A stretch of 47,642 nt of DNA from Nitrospirae bacterium MYbin3 (GCA_002753335.1 PEAD01000024.1:1-47642), one strand, 5' to 3'; positions 8,498-18,394 are shown, counted from the first letter of the stretch. The notes: generated by a model not told the origin, from the sequence alone. Numbers and translations are program-made.

Positions 8498-8810
8498 ACT
8501 AGAGGCTTCTGTTCTAGAAAAAGCAGCAGCAATACTCAAAAACTGCAAAGAAAATTGGAATGAGCAAGGATTGGAAGCTAAGCTTAATGATGCTTTAGGG
8601 TTCAACAACCTCATATGGAGCATTTTAAAAAGTGAAGTTTCTAAGGGCACCACACCCCTTCCTGTTGAAACAAGGCAAAATCTGTTAAAGCTTGCAGATT
8701 TTATAGAAAAACGCACAGAAGATATTAGGAAGAATCCATCAGCAGATAAAGTAGATATCTTAATTAATATTAATTTAAACATAGCGTCGGGATTGAAAGG
8801 AGCCGTTTAA
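8448..8810 (+). CDS. flaF: flagellar biosynthesis regulator FlaF
   Basis: GRELEASVL, ALGFNNLIWS, LPVETRQNL and LININLNIASGL. GAGGAG RBS; overlaps the flbT 3' end by 50 nt. Confidence 0.9.
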   Translation: MESKDPLSENNNMSGRELEASVLEKAAAILKNCKENWNEQGLEAKLNDALGFNNLIWSILKSEVSKGTTPLPVETRQNLLKLADFIEKRTEDIRKNPSADKVDILININLNIASGLKGAV

Positions 8811-8825
8811 TATAACCACAACTGA

Positions 8826-10472
8826 ATGAGCAACGGTGAGCTTCTAAGGAATGCTTTAGAACATCATAAAAACGGTGATTTTGAAAAAGCGATAGACATC
8901 TACACTAATCTGCTTAAGAAAAACACCGACCCCCAGATATTAAATTTTCTCGCATTGTCATTTAAGAGCCTAGGAGACTATGATTCCGCCTTAACGCATT
9001 TAAACAGAGCGATAGAGCTATCACCCAACTTTGTAGAAGCTATCGCAAATTCTGGCATTATAATGAACGCCATAGGCCATACTGATAAAGCAATTAAAGC
9101 TTATCAAAAGGCAATTAGTTTGTCACCTAATTTACCCGCTCCTTATTTCAACCTAGCAAAACTGCTCCAAAGCAAGTCAGATTATGACAAAGCGATTGTA
9201 TGCTACAAAAAGGCTCTTGAGCTTGATCCATCATTGCATGATGCGTACCCCAATCTTGCTTATATTTATGCCGCAAAAAAATCACCTATTAAAGCAATCG
9301 GGTTTTATATAAAGGCCATTGAACTTTTGCCAACAAATGCGGAATTGTACAACAATCTTGGAGTTGTTCTATTTGATAACGGCAATATAAATGAATCTAT
9401 AGAATGCTATAGGAAGGCCATTGAAATTGACCCCAATTATGCCAGCGCTTATTACAACCTCGGCAACTCGCTGCGAGCAATTAAGGATATAGAAGAAGCG
9501 ATAGAATGCTACAAACACGCCATAACTAACGACAACTCGCTTTCATATGCACATTGGAATTTAGCCATACTGCTTTTGCTTACAGGGAGATTTGATGAGG
9601 GATGGAAAGAATACGAGTGGCGATGGGAATTGAAAGATTATATTACAAACCGCAACTTTATCCAGCCGCTATGGGATGGAAGAGATATAAAGGGCCAAAC
9701 TATTTTGCTTCACGCAGAGCAGGGGCTTGGGGATGCGATACAATTTATCAGATATATTCCTTCTATAGCAGAAAAAGGAGTCCGAATAATAATTGAATGC
9801 CAAAAAGAACTTGTTTCGCTTTTCAGTTCTAGTGAGAACATAGAAAGCATTACAGTACAAGGAGAAAGGCTTCCGCCATTCGATATTCATTGTCCATTCC
9901 TAACCATTCCATATATTTTCAAAACAACCAATGAGAACATACCCACAAAAGTTCCGTACCTATCAGCAGACAATTCTTTAATACAAAAATGGTCTGCATT
10001 AGCAGGAATAGACAAAAATAGATTTAACATAGGCATCGTTTGGGCAGGCAATCCCAAAAACGCAAATGATAAAGTACGTTCCTTGTCTTTAGACTTATTC
10101 GCTCCACTTTCGGAGCTTAAAAATATTCAGTTTTACAGCCTGCAGAAAGGTGAGGCCTCAGCTCAGATAAACACACGTTCTTTGGCAATTAAAGATTTAA
10201 CTTCAGAGATACAAGACTTTTCGGATACTGCAGCATTAATCATGAACTTAGACCTGATTATATCGGTTGACACTGCTGTGGCTCACCTTGCAGGAGCTCT
10301 TGCAAAACCGGTCTGGCTACTCATACCCCCAATACCTGACTGGAGATGGCAGCTTAATAAAGACGATAGCCCATGGTATCCTACGATGAAATTGTTTCGT
10401 GGATATAAAGAGGGAGAATGGGCTGACGTTGTTGAAAAAATAAAGAATGAACTTTCATCTCGACAAAAATGA
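8826..10472 (+). CDS. TPR repeat + GT-B (GT9-like) glycosyltransferase, FlmG/FlbA-like
   Basis: Multiple TPRs, then GWKEYEWRW, EQGLGD, VWAGNP, DLIISVDTAVAHLAGAL and DWRW...WYPTMKLFR. Directly follows flaF. Confidence 0.85.
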   Translation: MSNGELLRNALEHHKNGDFEKAIDIYTNLLKKNTDPQILNFLALSFKSLGDYDSALTHLNRAIELSPNFVEAIANSGIIMNAIGHTDKAIKAYQKAISLSPNLPAPYFNLAKLLQSKSDYDKAIVCYKKALELDPSLHDAYPNLAYIYAAKKSPIKAIGFYIKAIELLPTNAELYNNLGVVLFDNGNINESIECYRKAIEIDPNYASAYYNLGNSLRAIKDIEEAIECYKHAITNDNSLSYAHWNLAILLLLTGRFDEGWKEYEWRWELKDYITNRNFIQPLWDGRDIKGQTILLHAEQGLGDAIQFIRYIPSIAEKGVRIIIECQKELVSLFSSSENIESITVQGERLPPFDIHCPFLTIPYIFKTTNENIPTKVPYLSADNSLIQKWSALAGIDKNRFNIGIVWAGNPKNANDKVRSLSLDLFAPLSELKNIQFYSLQKGEASAQINTRSLAIKDLTSEIQDFSDTAALIMNLDLIISVDTAVAHLAGALAKPVWLLIPPIPDWRWQLNKDDSPWYPTMKLFRGYKEGEWADVVEKIKNELSSRQK

Positions 10473-13400
10473 TTTGTAGCAGTTCTCGATATTATGCGTG
10501 AATTTATAGACATCCATCAATGGAGAATCAATTAAATTATTGCGTAATGTTTTACGAAGTATCTTAAGCCTCTCCCTATCATTAGCGAGTTCAACCGCAA
10601 TATTTATATATTCATCAACATCCTTTGCAATAAATTCTTTAAGGCCAGCATTCGAAAGCAGGCTCACCCCAACCCTTGACCTGTGATCGTTGCCCTCTAA
10701 GGTTATAACAGGGACTCCCATCCATATGGCTTCGCATGTAGTAGTAGTTCCATTGTATGGAAAAGTGTCCAACGCTATATCAACCTGTGAGTATATTTTG
10801 AGATGAGAAGTAGTATCATTTTCGAATGTGTTTATTTTAAGCCTTTCTTTTGTTATTCCTTTAGAATCAAACAAAGAAATTATTTTGCCTTTAAGGGTTG
10901 GGTCATCAATATACCTAGCCTTAAGCAAAATTTTAGCGTCAGGGACTCTCTTTAAAATTTCGGACCACACATCTATAACATAATCATTTATCTTAAGCGC
11001 CATGTTAAATGAGCCAAAAACTATATCCATATTACCTGATGCCTCAACATCAGGACTTTTTTTATCCGGAACATAACACAAAAAGCAATCAGGCATCCGT
11101 ACCAGCTTTTCCGTATAATACTGATCGGTCATGCCCTCAGGGTCGGTATAGCTATCAACAATCCTATAATCCATGGTACTCAAACCTGTTGTGTTAGGGT
11201 AACCTATCCAGTGCACCTGTACAGGAGCAGGCTTTCTTAGAAAAACGCTCAGGTTATTTAAGCCTGTATGGCCGGCAAGATCGACTAATATATCTATGCT
11301 ATCACTCCTTATCAGGTTTTCAAGATCGTCATCTTCCATTTTATATATTCCGCGCCAGTTTTCGACCAAATGCTTTATATGTTCGGTTATTTCATCAGAT
11401 ATAAAAGCATTAGAATAGCAAAAAACTTCAAACTCTTTTTTATCATGATTTTTTAGCACAGACTCTATAAAATAACTTACAGAATGCCGCCTAAAATCGG
11501 CCGAGACATAGCCTATTTTAATCCTTCTGCCTTGAGTATCAGGAAGAGATGAGTATTTATTCTGATTTGAATACAGTCTTAAATGTTTCTCATATTTTAA
11601 ATGCTCTCCAAAAATATCCTGCAGCGTAATACCAGTCTTATAATTAGTCAAATATATGATATTGCTCCATACATATGGTGAGTTAGGATTGACTTCAAGG
11701 GCTTTTTTATAAAATCTTTCGGCTGCTTCAAACATTCCCCACTCTCTATAAACATTACCCAAATTATTAAGCGCATCCACATGATGGGGTTCAATATCAA
11801 CTGTTTGCGAAAAAAAGATAAGCGCCTCGCTTAGTTTTCGGAATAAAAAAAATGTAACCCCTAAGTTATATGCAGCTGTTACATGGTTAGGGTTAAGTAG
11901 CAAGACCCTCTTATAACATTCTATTGCGTCATTATATTTATTAAGCGTCTGATACACTAAAGCCATATTAAAAAATATTTCGGCACGCGTTGGTTCCAGC
12001 TCAGCCGAAATATTAAAGTTCTTTATCGCTTCCTCTCCATCTCCCTGTTTAAACTTAATTGATCCGATTTTAAAGTACGCTTGTGCCGTATTTACGCCCA
12101 ACAAAATAGCCTTCCTGTAATAATTCTCGGCCTCCAGATAGTTTTCTAGCGAAGAATAAAGGTTGGCAAAATTAAAATAAGCTTCACCAAAGTCCGGTAA
12201 AATAGATAACGCTTTTTCATAACAATCTTTAGCCTTGTCCTGCAATCCCATAATTGCAAGGGTGTTTGCCAGACTAAAATAAAACAAAGCCGAACCAGGA
12301 TCCACCTCAAGCGCCCTTGAAATGAGTTCCACAGCGCAGTTGTATTCCTTCAATTGGTACTTAAGTGTTCCAAGTAGATGAAGAGCGTCGGCATTATCAG
12401 GCTCGACTTTTAAAATTTTCTGATACCTATACTGAGCATCATAAAGCTTTCCGTCATTGTGCAGCTGAACCGCCTTAGATATCTCATCTTGTATAAACAC
12501 TTTGTCTTTCCTGACGTTTTCACAGTATCGTACCCAAGTCTTTTTGTAAATATCTTCAATTTGATTAACAAAATAGTGATAATCAAACAAAGGCGACTCC
12601 TTCATGACTCCCCTAAGGGAATTCCTCATCTTAGCAAGATCGCTTAATTTTGATGCAAGAGATACGGCCATATTTACATATTCGCAATCATTAGCAGCAA
12701 TAAGATTATTAAGTCTAAGATTGGACAAAATGCTAACGCCTACTCTTGAAGCATGGGTTGCACCTTGCAATACAACTACCGGCACACCCATCCACAAAGC
12801 TTCGCATGTAGTCGTTGTCCCATTATATGGAAAAGTATCGAGAGCTATATCTACAGTGTTGTACACTTCCATATGCATAGCAGCATCAGGGGTCTTAGAC
12901 ATAAAAATAATCTGGCTATCATCTATGCCATGCTCGGCAAACATCTTAGTAATTTTAGTCCGTATATTATCCTCATCAAGTCCTTTAGCTTTCAGTAAGA
13001 TTTTTGAACTCTCGACACGCTTCAGTATTGATGCCCATAATTCAACAGCTCTTGGAGTTATTTTGGAGATTTTATTAAATGCGCCGAATGTTATATATCC
13101 TTTATCGAGAGCGGGCAACGAACTTACTTTAGGGCTCCGGTTATCCGGCATATAACACAGGAAAGTGTTCCTGAACCTTAAAAGCTTTTCTGCGTAATAC
13201 TTATCAGTCATGCCTTGGGGATCCGTATACTCGTCAACTATTCGATAGTCCATAGTTTTCAGCCCTGTTGTGTTCGGATAACCTATCCAGCTTATCTGTA
13301 CCGGAGCAGGCTTTCTGGCAAAAACAAGCATGCGGTTATACCCGGTATGCCCTGCAAGGTCCACCAATATATCTATGCTGTCGTTCCTTATCAGCTCAGC

Positions 13401-14279
13401 CACTTCCTCATCGCTAATTCCGTATATGTCACTCCAGCTTGTTGCATAGCTTTTTATCCTGCGAGTCACATCATCAAACACAGACACATCTGAGTAGCAA
13501 TATATATCAAAATCTTGTCTGTTATGGTTCATCAGCACAGGCTCTACAAAAAAACCTACAGAATGCAATCTAAAATCTGGTGAAATATAGCCCACACGCA
13601 GTTTTCGTGCTTCTATTAGTTTGCACCTATACGGCAAAATGTTTTTACTCAAAGGCTCTGCATGGATTTCTGCAAACTTAGTATGCTCTTTGAAAACCTC
13701 CTCAGGCGTCTTAGAGTCAATATAATTCAAAGCAAGCAAAAGGTTGCTGTGTGCTACAACATAATCTTCTTTTATAGCCAAAGCCTTTGAATAATATTCT
13801 ATCGCCTCTTCAACTTCGCCTATTTCCTGCAATACCCCGGCCATTCCATTATAAGCATAGGCATAATCCGGGTTGAGCTTCAAAACCATAGAATAGTTCT
13901 CTAAAGCCTGGGTCAATTTGCCAAGCTCTTTCTGAACATTCGCAAGATTGTTAATTGCTTCTATATAATCATTCCTGCACTCTACAGCACGCTTAAAACA
14001 TGCCTCGGCAGTATTCATCCTGCCTTTTCCAACATAAATAAGACCCAAATTATAATGAGATTCTGCTGAATTAGGCATGATAGAAAGAGCTCTGCCATAG
14101 CTTATAATTGCCTCATCCACCCTTCCCAAGGATTGCAAAGCAATACCACGGTTGAAATAAGCATCATATAAAGCTGGCGATAAAAGCAAAACTTCATCGT
14201 AAGCATTTATAGCATCTTCATAACTTGCTCCACCATGAAGCTTAAGTGCTTTTTTGAGCAACAGCTCAGCCGACTTCAT
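10455..14279 (-). CDS. tandem double TPR-GT41 (SPINDLY/O-GlcNAc transferase-like) protein
   Basis: Two complete sets of GY(I/V)SxDFRxHSV, DILVDLAGHT, KPAPVQxxWIGYPNTTG, FNxxxKI and DIALDTFPYNGTTTTCEAxWMGVPV, each preceded by TPRs. Confidence 0.9.
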   Translation of the reverse strand: MKSAELLLKKALKLHGGASYEDAINAYDEVLLLSPALYDAYFNRGIALQSLGRVDEAIISYGRALSIMPNSAESHYNLGLIYVGKGRMNTAEACFKRAVECRNDYIEAINNLANVQKELGKLTQALENYSMVLKLNPDYAYAYNGMAGVLQEIGEVEEAIEYYSKALAIKEDYVVAHSNLLLALNYIDSKTPEEVFKEHTKFAEIHAEPLSKNILPYRCKLIEARKLRVGYISPDFRLHSVGFFVEPVLMNHNRQDFDIYCYSDVSVFDDVTRRIKSYATSWSDIYGISDEEVAELIRNDSIDILVDLAGHTGYNRMLVFARKPAPVQISWIGYPNTTGLKTMDYRIVDEYTDPQGMTDKYYAEKLLRFRNTFLCYMPDNRSPKVSSLPALDKGYITFGAFNKISKITPRAVELWASILKRVESSKILLKAKGLDEDNIRTKITKMFAEHGIDDSQIIFMSKTPDAAMHMEVYNTVDIALDTFPYNGTTTTCEALWMGVPVVVLQGATHASRVGVSILSNLRLNNLIAANDCEYVNMAVSLASKLSDLAKMRNSLRGVMKESPLFDYHYFVNQIEDIYKKTWVRYCENVRKDKVFIQDEISKAVQLHNDGKLYDAQYRYQKILKVEPDNADALHLLGTLKYQLKEYNCAVELISRALEVDPGSALFYFSLANTLAIMGLQDKAKDCYEKALSILPDFGEAYFNFANLYSSLENYLEAENYYRKAILLGVNTAQAYFKIGSIKFKQGDGEEAIKNFNISAELEPTRAEIFFNMALVYQTLNKYNDAIECYKRVLLLNPNHVTAAYNLGVTFFLFRKLSEALIFFSQTVDIEPHHVDALNNLGNVYREWGMFEAAERFYKKALEVNPNSPYVWSNIIYLTNYKTGITLQDIFGEHLKYEKHLRLYSNQNKYSSLPDTQGRRIKIGYVSADFRRHSVSYFIESVLKNHDKKEFEVFCYSNAFISDEITEHIKHLVENWRGIYKMEDDDLENLIRSDSIDILVDLAGHTGLNNLSVFLRKPAPVQVHWIGYPNTTGLSTMDYRIVDSYTDPEGMTDQYYTEKLVRMPDCFLCYVPDKKSPDVEASGNMDIVFGSFNMALKINDYVIDVWSEILKRVPDAKILLKARYIDDPTLKGKIISLFDSKGITKERLKINTFENDTTSHLKIYSQVDIALDTFPYNGTTTTCEAIWMGVPVITLEGNDHRSRVGVSLLSNAGLKEFIAKDVDEYINIAVELANDRERLKILRKTLRNNLIDSPLMDVYKFTHNIENCYKSFLSR

Positions 14280-14343
14280 TAATTAACCTCTCGGATTCTG
14301 CCAAAAGAAATAGCGCTAAGGCACAATTCAGATTAAACCTATT

Positions 14344-14371
14344 GAAAAAAACAAGGAGGACTTAAAGCCCT
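14344..14371 (-). terminator. possible weak intrinsic terminator
   Basis: Minus-strand AGGGCT-TTA-AGTCCT stem at the stop of 14370..14873, followed after a few nt by a T7 run. Confidence 0.3.
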
Positions 14372-14873
14372 ATTGGGCCTTCTGCAAAGCTTCAAGATTA
14401 TCCATAGCCGTAAGATTCCATGGCTCTATCTCAAGCACCTTATTGTAAAACACAGCAGCGTCTTCTTTTTTGCCTAAAGCTGCAGCAATATTCCCAATTA
14501 TAAGAAAAGTATCAACATCTTCGCTATTTAGCGAAAGCAGCTTAAGATAAATCTGCATAGCCTCTTCCATTAGACACTGCTCGCCCAAATAATAATCTGC
14601 AAGATTCTTTAAGAAAATTGGATTCGATGGTTCAATTTCAGCCGCTTTTTGATAATGAGCAAAAGCCTTTTTCTTGTCGCCAACCTCAAAATAAAGCACT
14701 CCCAAATTATTTTGCGCAACCGCATAATCAGGATTGGCCTGAACAAATCTCTCGAGCGCCATCAATGCCTCTGCCTTCTTGCCATCCTTGATTAACTGAT
14801 GAATAATCTGGTAAATCTGCCAGCGCTCATCACCTGCGTTTTTTATCTGATCCCTTTTAATGTAAAGTGCCAT
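14370..14873 (-). CDS. stand-alone TPR protein
   Basis: AQNNLGVLYFEVGD...AAEIEP, plus further TPR helices; no catalytic domain. AAGGAG RBS. Confidence 0.8.
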   Translation of the reverse strand: MALYIKRDQIKNAGDERWQIYQIIHQLIKDGKKAEALMALERFVQANPDYAVAQNNLGVLYFEVGDKKKAFAHYQKAAEIEPSNPIFLKNLADYYLGEQCLMEEAMQIYLKLLSLNSEDVDTFLIIGNIAAALGKKEDAAVFYNKVLEIEPWNLTAMDNLEALQKAQ

Positions 14874-14916
14874 AATTACTCCTTTATCAAAGAATTTTAA
14901 AATTTCATTGTTTATT

Positions 14917-16329
14917 TTATGCTCTTGACTTAATAATCTCGCAACAATTTATCATAGCATATTTATGAGATGCGTCAAAAGATAACGCTTTGTAAAAAAA
15001 CTCGATCGCTTTTTCTACATCTCCTAAATAGAAATGAACAACTCCTAAATTATTAATAGCATCAGAAAAATCAGCACAGCTATCGATAACTTTCAAGAAA
15101 TGATTTAATGCTTCAGAAATATCACCTTCTAAAAAAAACGACTCTCCTAATTTATTATTCTTAGAAGCTTGTTCCAAAACAATTGATAAGTTATTCAATA
15201 ATTCCAGCATAATTCTATCTTCACCTAAATAATTTTCCAATAAAATCTTGGCAGTTTTATATTTTTTATTGACAAATAAATAATTTAACCACTCGATAAT
15301 GTTTTTCTCAGCCTGATAACATACTTCCGTCCCATTTAAGTTAGCATCAATTGAAAAACTGTTGTTTTTGTACAAATAAAAGAAAAAATCGTACGCTAGT
15401 TTATAACAAGGCATATCTTTCAAAAGCTCAATTGCAAAGGTCTCAGATCTATCAGAATTCATATCAAATTGTTTTCTTAGAGGATCGATAGCCCACTTGT
15501 AATCCCCATAACCACCAAGAACTCTTACGCCATTAACCTCTTCTCCTGTATATTCTATTTCTAATGAACACGCAATAATAAAGATAACTATTACAACAGA
15601 CCAAATATTTAAAGCAGGGGTCAAAGGAGACGGGCACTGTGAATAAAACTTAATAGGCAAAATAATATTATATATTTGAAGATCTATATGCTTTAATAAT
15701 TGCTTGCCAAAATCACCATAATGTGCACCGTTATAATTTTGTTTGTGGTGACCATGAAATGCAATAGGTGTAGCTAGAAATTTGACTGCCTTGCCTCTGA
15801 GAATAGGCATGAGAACTATCCAATAATCCCACCAAGGAATGCCCAAACAGAAACAATCATTTGGATAACATTCAATAAGTGACTTATCAAGAAAAAAGTA
15901 ATCGAATCCCAATGTATAAATACTGCCATTTATAGAACTTAATGATTCCATATCAACCCTGTTCCCAAAAACCATCGAGTTATCTGCCTCTTTTACCAAA
16001 AATTCTTGAAAACCAGGGCTTAACTTTAAATGAATATCTGAATTTACTATGCCAACAATTTTAGAACCGCAGTTTTGCAGATAATTGAGAATGTCATTTA
16101 TAAATACAGTGGGCTTTCCAACCAGTTCTTTAGCGCTCCGCTTAACCGGCACAAAAGTTACATTCGGAAAATATCTTGAAAGCATCTCACTTTCTTCAGG
16201 AATATTCATGGACACAACACTAAAACCCAAAATTGTCCAACTTGCAATAGCCAACTGTTGCTGTTCTATGTTACGAGGAGCAATACTTGTTGCTATAGTT
16301 ATTGACATCTTTATGTTCACATGCTCCAT
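14917..16329 (-). CDS. putative GT-A-like / uncharacterised N-terminal domain + C-terminal TPR
   Basis: IATSIAP, GIVNSDI (DxD-like), GFDYFF and LGIPWWDYW in the N-terminus; TPRs (AINNLGVVHF) in the C-terminus. Confidence 0.55.
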   Translation of the reverse strand: MEHVNIKMSITIATSIAPRNIEQQQLAIASWTILGFSVVSMNIPEESEMLSRYFPNVTFVPVKRSAKELVGKPTVFINDILNYLQNCGSKIVGIVNSDIHLKLSPGFQEFLVKEADNSMVFGNRVDMESLSSINGSIYTLGFDYFFLDKSLIECYPNDCFCLGIPWWDYWIVLMPILRGKAVKFLATPIAFHGHHKQNYNGAHYGDFGKQLLKHIDLQIYNIILPIKFYSQCPSPLTPALNIWSVVIVIFIIACSLEIEYTGEEVNGVRVLGGYGDYKWAIDPLRKQFDMNSDRSETFAIELLKDMPCYKLAYDFFFYLYKNNSFSIDANLNGTEVCYQAEKNIIEWLNYLFVNKKYKTAKILLENYLGEDRIMLELLNNLSIVLEQASKNNKLGESFFLEGDISEALNHFLKVIDSCADFSDAINNLGVVHFYLGDVEKAIEFFYKALSFDASHKYAMINCCEIIKSRA

Positions 16330-16368
16330 AAATTTGGGGTCTTATTCAATATCGCCAAAACCTGAGTA

Positions 16369-18300
16369 TCATTCATAACGATATTCTTTTTGTGGAATTC
16401 CTTCAAGCTTCTCAAGCAATTTAAGCATCTGAATATCTTCAGGCACCGACTTTACGTAGTTTCTGAGGATTTCTATAGCCCTTCCGTATTGCTTCAAATC
16501 GATTAGAACATTAATGTAGTTATAAACAGTGGCATTATCAAAAGGATTTGACTTCACAGCTCGCTCAAAATACTTCTGAGACTCTTCAATTTCTCTCGAT
16601 TGCCAGAAAAGAACTGCTATATTATTGCATGCCGCTACAAAATCAGGACATATATCCAAAGCTGCAACAAAAGCATTCTTCGCGCCCCTAATATCTCCCC
16701 TCTCAAAAAAAGATTCGCCTATTAGATTTAGTGCTTCCACTTTCGAAAGAACCATTTCGATTGATTCAAAATATTCTTGAACCTCTTTATCATAAGGGAA
16801 TTTATCGAGATACACTTTCATAAACATCTTCGCATATTCATATTTTTTAAAACTTGCAAAGGCATTACAGCAAATTATAACAATGTTTCTAGGTTCGGTT
16901 GACTGATTTAAAATATCATCAAAAAGTTCTGTTGTTATCCCCAATGCTTGCTTGCTGTTGTCAGTCACACTAAATACCTCTTCATATCCATCCATAAAGG
17001 TTCTTGTTTTAATTAGCATAGAAATTTCTGACAAAGACATAGGATTAATCTGTTTCCTTCCTGTATCCCACTCATCAATACAACGCAAGTAAAGATTCTC
17101 ATACGATTGCACAACCATTTCTTGTTCAAAATAAGATTCTGCCCTATGCCTAGCATTTATACTAAATTTATGCCTTAAATCATTATCTAGCGACAGCTTT
17201 ATAAGAGCTTCTATCAAGGAGTCTGTATCCTTGTATCCCACAACAAACCCGTCAATTCCATCGCGCACAAGCTCTGGGATTCCCCCTGTAGCAAAAGTTA
17301 CTATAGGAACACCACAAGCCATCGCCTCAAGTATAGTGAGGGGACAATTGTCTGCCACTGATGTCGAGATAAATATATCAAACAAAGAATATACCATCGC
17401 AAGTTCATTTTCATCATTAATTCTGGGTAGATCTATAATAAACGAATCATTATGGGTTTCATTTCCACCAATATTTAGAAATGCACAGTTTGATATCTTT
17501 CCTTTTAATGCCTTTAACGCTTCAAGCGTATATACACCGCCTTTCCAAGTGTTAACTAAAGCTCCTAAGTTAGCGACAGATCCGATAAGAATGACATCTT
17601 CTGAAATTCCAAATTTTTTACGGACCTCCAGCCTGTCATATGGCTTGAATATATTGGTATCAACTCCATTATAGATCAGTTCCATCGGATGCTTTTTCAA
17701 AATACTATATCCAACTTTTTCTTTCAACCACTTAGAAGGTGTGGTAACCCAAAAGGGAGCATGCTCATAAATATTTTTTTTATCTTGCCATAATTGTGCA
17801 GTCCTATCATAGAGAATTTGCGGATAAACATTCAAAACAGGGCATAATCCACAACCGGTTATCCATTTCTCACAGTCAAAAGAGTGTGCACAATGCCCGG
17901 TAAATGACTGCATATCATGTAAAGTCCAGACAACAGGCTTTATGGCAGAAAGCAAAATGAGCGAAAAAGGGTTGAAATAGTCACCATGAAGGTTATGCAG
18001 ATGTATAATATCTGCAGATTTTATAAGAGAATGTTTAAGCAGCTTATGGCTGCCCTGATACTCATAATACAAGAAGCCTGCACTCCTGCATAGAGCCTGC
18101 ATTTCAGTTGATGCCTCTGAATTAAATGAGACTGATCTGCCAGATCTATCACGACAAGCACTGGCTATTATACATGCGTCGTGTCCAGCCTCACATTGCT
18201 CTTTCACGAGACGCCAAGCAACTTTCTCAGCTCCACCTGCTATATCAAAAGTGCTGATGTGAACTATCTTTAGTTTTCTTTTTTTCTGATAATCCATCAT
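16369..18300 (-). CDS. GT4 glycosyltransferase (WcaC-like Cys insert) + C-terminal TPR
   Basis: GGAEKV, IIHLHNLHG, WTLHDM...GHCAHSFDCEKWITGCGLCP, NGVD and DNCPLTILEAMACGVP...GGIPE. Start TTG 18306 or ATG 18300/18297. Confidence 0.85.
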   Translation of the reverse strand: MMDYQKKRKLKIVHISTFDIAGGAEKVAWRLVKEQCEAGHDACIIASACRDRSGRSVSFNSEASTEMQALCRSAGFLYYEYQGSHKLLKHSLIKSADIIHLHNLHGDYFNPFSLILLSAIKPVVWTLHDMQSFTGHCAHSFDCEKWITGCGLCPVLNVYPQILYDRTAQLWQDKKNIYEHAPFWVTTPSKWLKEKVGYSILKKHPMELIYNGVDTNIFKPYDRLEVRKKFGISEDVILIGSVANLGALVNTWKGGVYTLEALKALKGKISNCAFLNIGGNETHNDSFIIDLPRINDENELAMVYSLFDIFISTSVADNCPLTILEAMACGVPIVTFATGGIPELVRDGIDGFVVGYKDTDSLIEALIKLSLDNDLRHKFSINARHRAESYFEQEMVVQSYENLYLRCIDEWDTGRKQINPMSLSEISMLIKTRTFMDGYEEVFSVTDNSKQALGITTELFDDILNQSTEPRNIVIICCNAFASFKKYEYAKMFMKVYLDKFPYDKEVQEYFESIEMVLSKVEALNLIGESFFERGDIRGAKNAFVAALDICPDFVAACNNIAVLFWQSREIEESQKYFERAVKSNPFDNATVYNYINVLIDLKQYGRAIEILRNYVKSVPEDIQMLKLLEKLEGIPQKEYRYE

Positions 18301-18313
18301 ATGCAACAGGAAA

Positions 18314-18394
18314 TCATAGATAACTCACCGAAAATGAGTTAATCGATTCAGCCGTACAGAAGCATCTATGATTCAAGCCATTTTTGATCTTCAT
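18314..18394 (-). CDS. possible 26-aa small ORF / leader peptide (MKIKNGLNHRCFCTAESINSFSVSYL)
   Basis: AAAGGA RBS 5 nt before ATG 18394. The ORF spans a nested stem-loop and is below the ORF-track size cut-off. Confidence 0.3.
   Translation of the reverse strand: MKIKNGLNHRCFCTAESINSFSVSYL

Noticed and set aside
18312..18373. Hammerhead ribozyme or known riboswitch
   Set aside because: The CUGANGA and GAAA core is not correctly arranged on either strand, and no riboswitch consensus was recognised.
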